Source: Podarcis gaigeae
Lineage: Eukaryota
DNA: 64,000 nt
Strand: one strand, 5' to 3'
Assembly (NCBI GenBank): GCA_964106915.2
Contig: OZ066919.1
The translations under genes were made by a program, and so were the position numbers. The notes under the pieces were generated by a model. The model was not told where the DNA came from. It saw nothing but the letters and a program-made list of their open reading frames with translations, and ran no database searches. Below are positions 1-11,721 of the stretch, in pieces; the stretch's first letter is position 1; the number at the start of each line of letters is the position of its first letter.

Positions 1-202
1 GATGCAAGTAATATGGTAGTGGAATATTCTGCTTCAAAATGTCAAAGAATCATATTAGTAGCATGACTTCCTTGATTTTCTGATGTCCCGACTAACAGAA
101 TTTAGGATATCAAAATATTCATTTGATAAGTACAAATGGCTCCAGTTGACAGTGTCACTCCATGATCTTCCCAGCACCTTGCACTTGGGCTTCTTTTTTT
201 AA

Positions 203-280
203 TGGAGATGCCAAGAGTTGAATTTCAGGTCTTCTTCATTGCAAAGCATGTGTTCTACCACAGAGCAATGGCCCCTTCCC
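203..280 (-). mobile_element. tRNA-derived SINE (Squam3-like) 5' fragment
   Basis: Reverse complement reads gggaaggggccattgctctgtggtagaacacatgctttgc...ggcatctcca, matching the head of other copies in the window. Confidence 0.55.
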
Positions 281-631
281 TTTATCCGAGATAACTGCTT
301 TGTAGACATCATGAGGAAGGAGTGTGTGTCCCCCAGCACTCCATCTTCTTTCCCCCCTCACATCGAGAATTATCATAACTAGCAGGTTTCTCAGGTCCCC
401 CCTCCCCCGAGTGTTTCCCCCCTCAGATTTTCTTTTCTGCTGCCAAGAGATTAAACATTATACTGCCTTTTGGGTCCTGCTCATTCCTGTTAATGAAACT
501 GTGTGCTGTCAAGAGTTATGGTCTTTTTGAGTCCCTTACTCAATTGCATGTCAATGAGGGCATCAGATGGACTTGTATCCATATGATTCTGGGCTAGCAG
601 ATACTCTCCTCCCCACAGTTCCCATAGGAAT

Positions 632-1000
632 ATTTTTTTTTGTGTAATATATTTTTATTAAGATTTTTAAACATAAATGCAAATATAATGATCAATGTAA
701 CATATATCATAACATAGTTTCTTAACTTCTTTGGACTCCCTCACGTCTCCCGCTCCCACTTGCATCATTGTCAATTCTTGCCCGCAATTTATCATCTTAT
801 TTACATTATTGTGTCTCATTCATTTAGAATATAATCTAATAATTCTCCCAAAGGTTTATGATTTTTCCTCAATCACATTTATCATCCTAATTGCATCTAA
901 TTTAGTGGTGGCCAATTATTTATGATCTAGCCTCCATCTTAACATTCAACCAAATTACAATACTTTTTTAAATAAATCTTAAATTTCTTCCAATCTTCTT
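632..1000 (-). mobile_element. 5'-truncated L1-like LINE 3' end with 19-bp TSD
   Basis: CCACAGTTCCCATAGGAAT at 613-631 and 1001-1019; poly(A) and AATAAA on -; the 5' end reads [19 protein letters not shown], like an L1 ORF2 C-terminus. Confidence 0.75.
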
Positions 1001-1097
1001 CCACAGTTCCCATAGGAATCTGTCTCTGTCTTCATGTCAAGACTTTAGTGTATAATGGACACTATGAGGTGACTGCTATCTCTTGTCTTCTTTGTAG

Positions 1098-1319
1098 GAC
1101 AAAGCTCTTGGAGAGCGAAGCTATGAATGAATCACTGCGTCGCGGTCTATCACGAGTTTCCTCTAGGCTTCCTTATTCCCTGGGCTTATCTTCATCTCCT
1201 GGGTTGGGAGCTTCAAATAGCCCTGTCTCCTCTGTGCAAGCTGAGGCCTCAGAAGTCATCCAGTGGGCCAAGCAAGATATAGAACGGTTGAAAAAGGAGA
1301 CTAAGCTGCGAAGGAAAAG
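1098..1319 (+). CDS. KIF21B: KIF21B exon ([15 protein letters not shown]...KKETKLRRK)
   Basis: tgtag|G acceptor, AAG|gtaaaa donor; 222 nt, phase 2-2. Confidence 0.92.
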
Positions 1320-1806
1320 GTAAAATGGGTTCCTCTGTCTTGCATCTGCTCAGGATCCTTCTACTCTAGTTAGGCTGCTGGGCCTTCAGAACTTTTTAGA
1401 AGTATCAAAATATATTTGTTTTCCATCATTCTCACTCTATGAGACTCTTGTAATGCAGCTCTCATGATCTACAATACAACACCCTTTTCTGTGTTGAGCT
1501 TTGATTTTCCCTTCTGTATTGCAAGGATGGTAAATACTTGCTGTCTTGCAGAAAGCTTTGTGAGAGTGACTGCAGACAAAGAGCTTAGCCAAAAAGCACA
1601 GAAGAGGCAAATGATTGTGTTTCCAATGGAAATGTCCCCTTTCCATTAGTTATGCAGATGAAATGTTTTGTTTTGATTTGCTGTAATTGGAGTGGTGTTT
1701 GTTTTCTTAGCTGCCCTGACGGCCTGTTTTTGTGACTCTGCAATCTGGAATAAAAATGAATGATTTAGAAACAGATGTTCATGTAAAACTGCCTTCTTTT
1801 CTGCAG

Positions 1807-1891
1807 CCCAGAGAAAGAAGGGTTTAAGAAGAGGTTGAGGATGCAGCAGGGAAATGAGGCGGATGAGACAGATGAGAATGAAGTGGAAGAG
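1807..1891 (+). CDS. KIF21B: KIF21B exon (PEKEGFKKRLRMQQGNEADETDENEVEE)
   Basis: ctgcag|C ... GAG|gtaaga; 85 nt, phase 2-0. Confidence 0.92.
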
Positions 1892-3024
1892 GTAAGAGAT
1901 CCTGCCCTTCTCTTGCATACAACTTCTGTGTTCTTTTGAGCAATTATTAAGGGTGCCAAACTTACTGCTGGCCTTTGGTGGCATCAGGATGAGTCCTGTG
2001 GCAATCTTTCAGCATAATGAGAAACTGGCCGTAAAGGACATCTCAAGTGCTATTCCCTTCAGCCAGATTTAACATCTGCTTCAAACGTTTCCTGACCTCA
2101 GCAATTGCCATACTAATTCCTTAGGCTCCTGAGTCTCAATAAAATATCTCCTCTGAGAAATGCAAGCTTCTCTTTAATCCAACGCCCTTGGATAAATGGA
2201 GCAGAATAGGCTGACAAATAGGTGTGTTTTTTAAGTAGGTGAAATATGTCTTGCTTTTCTGTCTCAAAACATGAATGTCTCTGTGGGATGCCATTGGATT
2301 CTTAAAAGCCTGGGGCTGTGCACATTACAAAATGGAAACATTCTTTGATTTAAATAAAGTTAAATAAATTGGTTAAAACTGACACACTTGTTTATTTTTG
2401 GAGGAAATAACAGTGCACTGCTAAAGGCATAATTTTGACTGCACACAGTCATTACATTATTACTCCACTGATTCTTGTTTTGGGGGCAGGGGTTTGTTAT
2501 ATTGATATATTTAAGATGAACATTTGGGAATGCAGTAGGCCTGCTGTGTACACTGGGATTACATTCTAGGATCCTTGCTTTGAAGAGCAGAGTTGAAAGA
2601 CAAAGGCTTGGAAGTTAATAGAATGAATGGCCAGGTAAAATGCAGCATGGTTTGATTGAGTTGTTGGTGATGTGTGTTAGATCTTCTTTGCCTTCACTTC
2701 CCAACATCCGGCTTGATTTCTGAATCCATGTCCAGGACAATGGTAAGCGCTGATCTTCTAGTGCTAATTCGTCAACTAGAAGAACAGAAGGTTGGATTCA
2801 TGAAAGGAAGTATGAACTGTAAGAAGTAACATCCCCATGGTGCCTGTGTTCCTAAGCAGTGCAAAATGCATTGAATTAAGGATTGCCATAGGAACAAATT
2901 AGCGAACCAAGGAAAGCAGATTGCCATATGCAACCAAAAGTTGGGCAGGGTTGGAACTGCAATGCCTTGGAACAAGCTGCATCACCACTCCCCTTTTTCT
3001 CATCACTGTACCTTCCGTTTTCAG

Positions 3025-3139
3025 GAGGAACGGGATGAGAGTGGCTGTGAGGAAGAAGGTGGCCAGGAGGAGGAAGAGGAAGATGATTCGGGAAGTGAAG
3101 AAAGCCTGGTGGATTCTGACTCGGATGTTGAAGAAAAGG
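3025..3139 (+). CDS. KIF21B: KIF21B acidic exon (EERDESGCEEEGG...DSDSDVEEK)
   Basis: ttcag|GAG ... AAGG|gtaagc; 115 nt, phase 0-1. Confidence 0.93.
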
Positions 3140-3504
3140 GTAAGCTACTGCAGCAAGTGTTGAAAGGCTGATGACTCTTAGTGCAGTCTCTGCAGGGATC
3201 TAGGTGAACACAACACACACAGTCTTCAGGATATATGGAGGGGATGGCCTTTAATTCATTTGGATTTGAAATGTTGAATCCACAGCCCCCATGCTTTCCA
3301 CCTGGAACTACTGTTGTAATCCTTTTAATAGCACAAAAAACATGCCTGTACATATGCTAGCCTTTTTCTCTTAGCATTCAATTCCATAAAAGGGATACAA
3401 CTTATTCTAGTCTTTAGTGGAGGTTGTAATGAGTTTAGATACCACTATCTTCAAGATGGTGAAGGATTTTTTGTTTTGTTTTTTGGTGTGTGTGTCTTAT
3501 CTAG

Positions 3505-3696
3505 CAGCAAATTTCCAAGCTGATCTGGCTGACCTGACCTGTGAGATTGAGATCAAACAGAAGCTAATAGACGAGCTGGAGAACAGCCAGCGGCGCCTGC
3601 AAACTCTGAAGCACCAGTATGAGGAGAAGCTGATTCTACTGCAGAACAAGATCCGTGACACACAGCAAGAGAGGGACAGGGTCCTGCAAAACCTGA
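3505..3696 (+). CDS. KIF21B: KIF21B exon ([20 protein letters not shown]...RVLQNL)
   Basis: Tandem TAGCAG acceptor (start 3505 or 3508); donor CTGA|gtaaga; phase 1-1. Confidence 0.93.
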
Positions 3697-4050
3697 GTAA
3701 GAGCATGCCGCTGGGGTGAAATTGGATTTTGACAGTTCGAACAGCATCTGTTTGCTTATAATGAAAGATTTTGCATTTGGATTCTCAACTGAGGCTGTGA
3801 TACAAGGGTGGAAAGATTGCTTAAGCAACATTTCTACCCATACACTTAAAGTGTAATCAGTGACATTGGCACTGAGTACAGTCTGTCTGTACTTAAAATC
3901 TGCATCAGAGATGTGGAAGCTGTGGCCCCCTGGATGCTGTTGGGACTCCAACTCCCATCAGCCCCAGGCACCATGGCCAATTGGTCATGGATGATGGGAG
4001 CTGTAGTCCATCACTCCTAATCTATATACTTCCTTTGTTCTTTTCCTCAG

Positions 4051-4250
4051 GTTCCATGGAATGCTACACAGAAGAGAAGGCGAACAAGATCAAAGCAGAT
4101 TATGAGAAGCGTCTAAGGGAGATGAACAGGGACCTGCAAAAGTTGCAGGCAGCCCAGAAGGAGCATGCCCGCCTCCTCAAGAACCAGTCACGATATGAGC
4201 GAGAGTTGAAGAAGCTGAATGCAGAAGTGGCAGAGATGAAGAAAGCCAAG
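4051..4250 (+). CDS. KIF21B: KIF21B exon ([19 protein letters not shown]...EMKKAK)
   Basis: ctcag|GT ... AAG|gtacct; 200 nt, phase 1-0. Confidence 0.95.
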
Positions 4251-4441
4251 GTACCTTGCCTGGGAATTTGCAATTCTTCATTTGTTCAAGCAACAGGGCA
4301 CCTTCTGGGTGTTTTGGATTCCCACCCTCAGCCCCCCCCCAGCTTGGGCACCCAACTGGGGAAAGTGGCCCTAGATAGTCACTGGGGCAAGCCAGCTTCT
4401 CAGTTATTATGCTTGGCATTGAGTCTGTTTGTGCCCTACAG

Positions 4442-4549
4442 GTGGCACTGATGAAACAAATGCGTGAGGAGCAGCAGCGGCGCAGATTGGCAGAGACGAA
4501 AAGGAACCGGGAGATTGCCCAGCTGAAGAAGGAGCAGAGGAGGCAGGAG
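4442..4549 (+). CDS. KIF21B: KIF21B exon ([15 protein letters not shown]...EQRRQE)
   Basis: tacag|GTG ... GAG|gtgggc; 108 nt, phase 0-0. Confidence 0.95.
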
Positions 4550-5055
4550 GTGGGCAAGAGCACCGTTTGTGGCTGCTCAAGCTTTGAGAAGCCTCTTCCT
4601 AGTAGAGCTTACAAAAACCCATAGACTGCTTGTGGGCAGGAGAGGGGAAGGCGCTCAGTATAATAAGAGCAATCATGCAAAGCGAAGCTGTGATTTAATG
4701 CCTGCCTCACTTCAGCCGTCTTCACAAAAATAACTTGTGTGTCTACAAATACATAAGAAGAGGTCTCTTGGATCAGACCAGAGGACCATTTAGTGTGGCG
4801 TCCTGTGCCTACAGTGGCCAACCCAGTTGCCTATGGGAAGTCTACTAGCAGGACATGAGAGCAGCAGCATTCTCCCCTCTTGTGCTCCAAAGCAACTTGA
4901 GACCTCTTGTGGTTTAGGAGGAGTTGGCTTCTTTCCATACATTCCTTTTACACCAATACACATTTGTCTCCATTTAAGTCAAGACTGACATCACTCCCAT
5001 TAAGATCCTCTGCCTGTGGGTTTTGTTAATAACTTTTATCATGCTGTGCCTGCAG

Positions 5056-5124
5056 TTTCAGATTCGAGCTCTAGAATCTCAGAAGCGGCAGCAGGAGATC
5101 GTACTTCGCAGGAAAACCCAAGAG
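5056..5124 (+). CDS. KIF21B: KIF21B exon (FQIRALESQKRQQEIVLRRKTQE)
   Basis: tgcag|TTT ... GAG|gtgagt; 69 nt. Confidence 0.95.
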
Positions 5125-5961
5125 GTGAGTGGTGACCTTCTTGCTCACAAGGAAGGCAAGTCTTTAGTTTCCTCTAAAAATACACTCGCTGTATTAAAAG
5201 CCTCTCACTGTCATCCAGAAAGGCTTGTGGATATTTTTGGTGGGTGTGCTTTTACCTGTCATAAGCACTCACTCAGACTGGAGACATGAATGAACCAGAC
5301 AAGGAATATATCTCCCACTCCTCAGGAATTCTTTACATGGAACAGCGTACGATGGACAAACTATTTCTTTCTTTTCTTAAAAATAATTAAACCACCTTTC
5401 CAAAATACAAAGGCAAATGTAATATCTCACCAAGACAAAAAAAAAACACAGAAAAAAACCTGGCAAAGCTACAATTTCCCTCAAATTTCACAGAAAAGAT
5501 AGGACACAGCAGGATGATCCAACAGAAAGAATTTGCATCCAAAATTCTTTTGAGCTATCGTGGGTTACACGATTTCTCTCTCTCCCTTTAGGATGCCCAC
5601 TCTCTCTTTATCCAAAGCAACTGGGCATCATACCTGCTGCGTCACACATGGCTTAGTGTGTGATTGCCAACATGGTTCTTTGTTTTGTTACGTATTTGAG
5701 CTCATGTGTAGGTAACTTGTGGCATTTTTCTCATTCTGCCATGAATGCCCAACATTACTGGGAACATCTGTAAAAACAGCTGATACTGTGAGCAGACACT
5801 TTGCACTTAGGCATGAATAGAGACTAGGGTTGAGGCTGGAGACTGAGCAGCTAACGCTTTGAAGATATTTTCACATAGCAGCCCTGCTTAAGACTGTATC
5901 TGTTTGTTATCACCTCTATATTTTCCATTCTTCTGGACTGCTTTGTTGTGTTGTTGTCTAG

Positions 5962-6191
5962 GTCTCTGCTCTGCGCCGTCTGGCCAAACCTATGTCTGAT
6001 CGGGTTGCTGGAAGAATGAATCAGAAGCAAACCATGCTGGACTCGGGTGTAGAGGTCTCCACCAGCACCACCTCCTCCGAGCCAGAATCTAGTTCTCGTT
6101 CTGTCTCCAGCATTGTGCGCCAATGGAATCGGAAAATCAACACCTTTCTGGGAGACCCTCCTTCTTCCACAAATGGGACTCGAACTGTCAG
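5962..6191 (+). CDS. KIF21B: KIF21B exon ([17 protein letters not shown]...NGTRTV)
   Basis: tctag|GTC ... CAG|gtaaga; 230 nt, phase 0-2. Confidence 0.94.
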
Positions 6192-6519
6192 GTAAGACAC
6201 TGGCCCAGTTAGCAGTTGTCTAAGTAAGTCAGACTGACCTAGGTGTCTAAAACCATCTGATATATATTCCTTTGAGGCCTGTCTTGACATCTAATCCACT
6301 GGCTTCTACTTGGCAGCATTCAGAGCAGCTCCCATTTCCATCCACCCAGTATGCTTGGGTAGGAATGACCCAGAATATTTAGCACGGGGATGAGGATCCT
6401 TCCAGATATTGCTGGACTCCAACTTTGCCATTTTGCTATGACTGATGCAAGGTGGAGCCCAGCAACATCTGGGAGCCTTTCCATCTCTGGTTTTGGATAA
6501 TTCTAAGATCATGCTGTTC

Positions 6520-6629
6520 GTTTGACCAAACTGCGGGAGGTAGTGGAGGACAGAGGTGCCTGGCGTTCTCTGGTCCATGGGGTCACAAAGAGTCGGACAC
6601 GACTAAATGACTAAACAACAACAACAACA
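6520..6629 (+). mobile_element. 5'-truncated BovB (RTE) LINE with 15-bp TSD
   Basis: Encodes LTKLREVVEDRGAWRSLVHGVTKSRTRLND* plus a (CAA)n tail; AAGATCATGCTGTTC at 6505-6519 and 6630-6644. Confidence 0.88.
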
Positions 6630-6673
6630 AAGATCATGCTGTTCAGTTTTTCGTACATGACTTCCATCTGCAG

Positions 6674-6821
6674 GAAGAAGTTCGCAAAGAAAGGGGCAAA
6701 CCAAACCTTTAGTAAGACAGCCCGCATGAAGTGGCAGTCTCTGGAGCGTCGTGTCTTTGACATTGTCATGCAGAGGATGACCATCATCAATCTGGAGTCG
6801 GATATGGAGCGACTCATCAAG
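6674..6821 (+). CDS. KIF21B: KIF21B exon, start of regulatory coiled coil (KKFAKK...[34 protein letters not shown])
   Basis: tgcag|G ... AAG|gtgatg; 148 nt, phase 2-0. Confidence 0.94.
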
Positions 6822-6943
6822 GTGATGAAAAGTGGCTGTTTCTCAATGGAGCAGAAGGCGAAGGACCTGGGAAGAGAGCCAGAGAAGGGGCTGCACAACA
6901 TTGGCAAAGAGGAAACATTCTGCCTTCTGTTCCCCATTTTCAG

Positions 6944-7138
6944 AAACGTGAGGAGCTGTCACTGATGCAGGAGATGCTTCTGGGGAAGAGGGAGAAGCTG
7001 CAAACAGAGAACCCTGAAGAGCAGAAGGGGCTGCAGGAGTTGAATGAGGAGATTGAGGTGCTGGCAGCCAACATTGATTACATCAATGACGGCATTTCTG
7101 ACTGCCAGGCCACCATCATGCAGCTTGAAGAGACCAAG
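6944..7138 (+). CDS. KIF21B: KIF21B exon ([13 protein letters not shown]...[22 protein letters not shown])
   Basis: ttcag|AAA ... AAG|gtgcgt; 195 nt; preceded by a 122-nt intron. Confidence 0.94.
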
Positions 7139-8104
7139 GTGCGTCTGATCTATCCATGATGCAAGCAGTTTAAGAGGGTGGAATGCTGTTGGACCTGGAC
7201 CCTGAGGTCGGCTGGCTGAGCTCTTGTGTAGATAATCAGTTACAGTGGGTGGATCAGGAAGCACTATGTCTTCTGATCTTACCTTAATGAGTTAAAATCT
7301 TGTTTCATTTTCCCAGGCCTCTTTAGTTTTGAGTGAGCTGTTTCAGTGTGTTACTGCTTCCTTAAAAGGGGTGGGCTGGGGGAATGTAAGACACAGAGAC
7401 TGGGAAGTTAACTTGTAGAATATGGAAAGTCCTGATTCTCTTCTATTTCCTCTGAGGAACTGCTATTTCTCTCCCCCCCCCCCCACTTCTTATTTGGTAA
7501 GTTCCTTTTCCACATAAATATATGCCCCCGAACACACAATAAACAGTTGCATAAAATAGCAGTCCAAACAAATGGTTTTGTATCAGTGGTACTAACATTA
7601 TAACATTTTAAATTCTTAACAAAATAGTATCAATCCATTACTAAGAGTTCTGAGAATTTGGCAATCCTCAGCATCCTAAGTGAACTTGCTGGTCTGTAGA
7701 CATCTCAAACAAAGGCTTCTGATTGGCCTATAACAGCTTCCACAGCCTGGTGCCCTCCAGGTGTTTTGGACTCCCGATGCCTTTCAGCCATGGCCAGCAT
7801 GCCCAATGGTCAGGGGTGATGAGGGGAGTCATAGTTCAAAAATATCTGAAAGGCACCACATTTGGGGAAGGCCACACTGTGGTGCATACGATTTGGGTTC
7901 AGGGGCTGGAGCGAGTTGATAATATGAGACTAACTACTACTTTTATGCACAAATCTGCTGGATGGGTCTCTTGCAAAGCCACGTAGCCTGTGGAGCTAAA
8001 TCTTTAGCAAAGGAACCAGTCCCAACTGCTGGCATGGGTAGCAAACTGCAACTGCCATTTCCCAGGCTTTCTCATTCTGTTGTTTTCCTCCTGTGGGTCT
8101 CTAG

Positions 8105-8206
8105 GAAGAACTGGATTCCACAGACACCTCTGTGGTGATCAGCTCCTGCTCCTTGGCTGAGGCACGGCTTTTGCTGGACAATTTCCTCAAGGCATCCATA
8201 GACAAG
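8105..8206 (+). CDS. KIF21B: KIF21B exon ([34 protein letters not shown])
   Basis: tctag|GAA ... AAG|gtaagt; 102 nt. Confidence 0.95.
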
Positions 8207-8481
8207 GTAAGTTATTATTATTTTAAAGCACCTTTCTCTCTCATGTGGACCAGAGATCTGATAGCCGCATCTTGCTTTGCAACTATTCAGTAGCAAGTTG
8301 GTCTGTTCAAAGACCCCAAGTAGACCAATCAGTGCTGATGGACAAGGTTAATGAACTTCTTCAAATAGTTTTGCTTTAGAATGGAGTGAGGGAGACAGGT
8401 GTGTTTCACTAGGGAGGGCATTCCACAAGTGGGAAAGGTGCCGCTGAGCTTGTGCCTAATCCTCCAATCTTTGCAAAACAG

Positions 8482-8647
8482 AGCCTGCAGGTAGCCCAGA
8501 AGGAAGCCCAGATCCGCCTGCTGGAAGGCCGCTTGAGACAAACAGATGTGACTGGCTCCTCTCAGAACCACCACATCCTGGATGCCTTGCGGGAAAAGGC
8601 AGAATCCCACCCTGAGCTACAGGCGCTCATCCACAACGTGCAGCAAG
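8482..8647 (+). CDS. KIF21B: KIF21B exon ([18 protein letters not shown]...LIHNVQQ)
   Basis: aacag|AGC ... CAAG|gtggga; 166 nt, phase 0-1. Confidence 0.92.
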
Positions 8648-8839
8648 GTGGGAGTTTGGAGTAGCTTTTGCTTCTTTGAAATAGAATCGTGTTCGCTTAG
8701 AAATCCTTTTTTGCGCTTACCCTCATTCATGGCCTGGCTCAGAGGGAATCAGGGGTATGTTTTGGTCCAACACCAGAGCTAAGTACCCATGTGCTAGTGG
8801 ATGCGCTCTACCTGGTTTTTGTTTTATCCTTTTGCACAG

Positions 8840-8900
8840 AGAATGGCTATGCCAGCACAGATGAAGAAGTTTCTGAATTCAGCATGGCGTCAGAGGGGAG
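8840..8900 (+). CDS. KIF21B: KIF21B exon (NGYASTDEEVSEFSMASEG)
   Basis: cacag|AG ... GAG|gtgagt; 61 nt, phase 1-2. Confidence 0.92.
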
Positions 8901-9244
8901 GTGAGTTGTGGACCCAGTGAGACCGCAGGGCACAGGTTGAGTGTTTTCCACCTGTTTTCCCTCTAGGCTGTGGTGGGCTTTAAAAGGTGGGCAGGGTGTA
9001 AATTCCACGTGTTGACCAATGTAGCCACCCTCCAAAGTCAGCTTTGAGTATGAAAGAAACCCCTACATGGTTCTTTTCTGTAAAATTCCAGAATTAAGCT
9101 AGAAAACCTGTGGTGCAAGAATGAAGTGGGCTCCTGAGTTAAGGACTGAAGCTCTGCTGGGATGGAGAGTCTCTTAGTTAGTTTGCACCTCTGTAGTTCT
9201 TACTGAAAATATGTGTGCACAAAACTCTCCCTGTGTCCCTGCAG

Positions 9245-9302
9245 CTTTTCCCAGTCTTTCTCCATGAAGGGCTCTGCCAGCCAGGATGACTTCAAGTGCA
9301 GG
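9245..9302 (+). CDS. KIF21B: KIF21B exon (FSQSFSMKGSASQDDFKCR)
   Basis: tgcag|C ... AGG|gtaagt; 58 nt, phase 2-0. Confidence 0.92.
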
Positions 9303-10255
9303 GTAAGTTTGAAAGTTTGAGTCTGGCAAACACTTCCAATTCTTCTTGTTGTTGTTATACATTTTCATTATGGAAATTCCCTGGGAAGATGCTTAGCAGA
9401 TCCATCCAGAACTAACAAAAGCTTCAAATAGCCAGGGAGGAGTTCAAGATTTTCACCAACCTAAACAATGGTCAGTGACAGGAAAATGTTGACAACGTTG
9501 TAGGATATCCTGGTCATTTTTGTACAGAAATGCTTTTTCTTGTTGAAGGTGCCCCATGTGGTCAGATTTATGTTTGGCTCTATTTGTTTATATATGTTTG
9601 TTTTTAAAGCGGAACATGGCACTTTGACCTTGCCACGTTCTTATTCTGTAGCTTTCCGAATAGTGGGGAGCCCCCGGCGGATATATGCACCATTTTTTCA
9701 TCTTCCCTACATTTCACTGAGGCCAAGTTATGGTATTTTTACTGCATTTTGGCAGCTAGCCGTGGTGCTGTACATCCAGATGGTGATTCTTAAGCTTTGG
9801 CCCTCCTCCAGTGAATCGGCAATGAAATTAAAACAAAGCCCTGGACTGATGTGTGTTATGTCTCTGTCTGTCCTAGCCATGGCTCTGTTGAATAAGCCTT
9901 TTATCCAGAGAAAACAATTGGCCCCAGACTGGCCTACTTGAATTCTAGTGGGATAGAGGGGGTGGGGGGCACAGGAACTTCATTAGGTCTCTTCTGAATG
10001 ACCAGCAATTGCTGCTCAGTGGTAGGTGGTGTGTTCTGTTGTTGTCCATGTTAAGTTCAGAACGAAGTGGGAAGGTCTTGGAAAGCTGCTTGGGATATTT
10101 GCAGGGGTTTCTGAGACAGAGGTGACCAAGAAATGCTAGCCTTCCCAGGCTGAATTTGAGCACCAGCTACAGTGGCAACTGTGGGATAGCTCCTGTGTTG
10201 CCCTGCCATCTGCTGCTCCTTAGTTTGCTTTGTGTTTTCTGGGGCTTTGTTTTAG

Positions 10256-10461
10256 GGGGAGCCCAAGCTGTCTGGCCAGATGAAAGCTGTGTCTGCAGAG
10301 TGTCTAGGGCCCACATTGGACATCTCCACCAAGAACATCACCAAGTCGTTGGCATCCCTCATGGAGATCAAAGAGGATGGGATTGGCTTCTCCATCCGTG
10401 ATCCTTACTACAAGGAGAAGGTCTCCCGCACCATCAGCCTGCCCATCCGAGGGAGTACATT
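10256..10461 (+). CDS. KIF21B: KIF21B exon ([19 protein letters not shown]...SLPIRGST)
   Basis: tttag|GGG ... ATT|gtaagc; 206 nt, phase 0-2. Confidence 0.94.
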
Positions 10462-11379
10462 GTAAGCCATGGTAGCCTACTTGGTGATCTGTGTATGGAT
10501 CGTGTTGGGGAAACTGTGGTGTAGGTGACTGCTGGCTTTGGACGGTTGGATTTCTTCCATGATTTCTGCCCTACTTGTGGGTGAAGTGTTGGTATACAAA
10601 GGGAGAGCAACCAAGAAAGTCACTCATTGTTCTGGGGTCAGAGTCAGTTTCCCTCTTCGCTGGCACAGTCTTCCATGGGGAGTAGCTGTGACACAGGCGA
10701 CATCGGATCCCTCGTTCTTGTGAAACTGTTCCCCAAGTCTTCTCCCCAGACCTATAAACTGGCAGCTTCAAGTACTCCTGTTCACTATAGTGAACAGCAA
10801 GAAAGACTTGAAAGGCAGGGACACCCCCTCTTTCCCCCAGATGCTGCTACTGTGCGTGGACAAACCTAGGTGGTGTGAACTGCATAGCCTTTATAGCCCA
10901 TCACCAGCCAGGCAGGAACCAGGGCAGGCAGCTCCTGTGGACACCAAGAGTGCTGAAAATTGAAATAGTTCCCCCAGTCCCCAGAATGAGGGCCACTTAA
11001 GACCTTATGGAAACTCACTTGGTACAGCCCTCCAAAGAAGTGTACCATCTTGTAATGTATGTAGAGAAACGTGTCCCAGAATGTGGTTCCACATCAAAAT
11101 CTCTGTGTGTGCACACAGCTGGCATGTGCAGTAAGAATGTTTTTATCCTAGCCTCCCTGTTGTGTCGCTTGGCACCTGCAAGGAGATTCTGATGTGGAGG
11201 AGCTTTCAAGGAAGGAATTCCCTGCATGTGTTGCAGGACTGATCTGTGTGTCCTGGAGAATATTAGAATCTGCTCTGAGAACCAGCTGGTCAAGGCTTTG
11301 CTCTTCCCAGTCTCCTTCAAAGCTGAGGGAGCCCAACTTTGGATAGGGTATTTACTAACCATAGCTGCCTCTTGTCTAG

Positions 11380-11454
11380 CCCTAGACAGTCCCGTGGTGC
11401 AGACACATCACCCCTCACCAGGAGGAAGTCATATGACCGGGGCCAGCCTATCAG
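11380..11454 (+). CDS. KIF21B: KIF21B exon ([24 protein letters not shown])
   Basis: TACTAAC branch point at 11353-11359; tctag|C ... CAG|gtgagt; 75 nt. Confidence 0.93.
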
Positions 11455-11607
11455 GTGAGTGTGTGTGAGTGAGTGCAATTGGCAGCAGTTCTTACACTTT
11501 GCTCATAATGCAGAAAATGAATTGTTGTGCAATGCAGGATCTAACAGTGCTGCAAGATTATAGTTCTATAATTAGTGGAACCCACTGCTTCTCTCTTTCT
11601 TGCCTAG

Positions 11608-11721
11608 GAACCCAGATGTTGGATTCACTCCTCCTTCATCCCCTCCCAGCAGGCCACGCAACGACCGGAATGTTTTCTCCCGCCTCACCAGCAACCAGAG
11701 TCAGGGCTCAGCACTAGACAA
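11608..11721 (+). CDS. KIF21B: KIF21B exon ([37 protein letters not shown])
   Basis: cctag|G ... CAA|gtaagg; 114 nt, phase 2-2. Confidence 0.94.
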
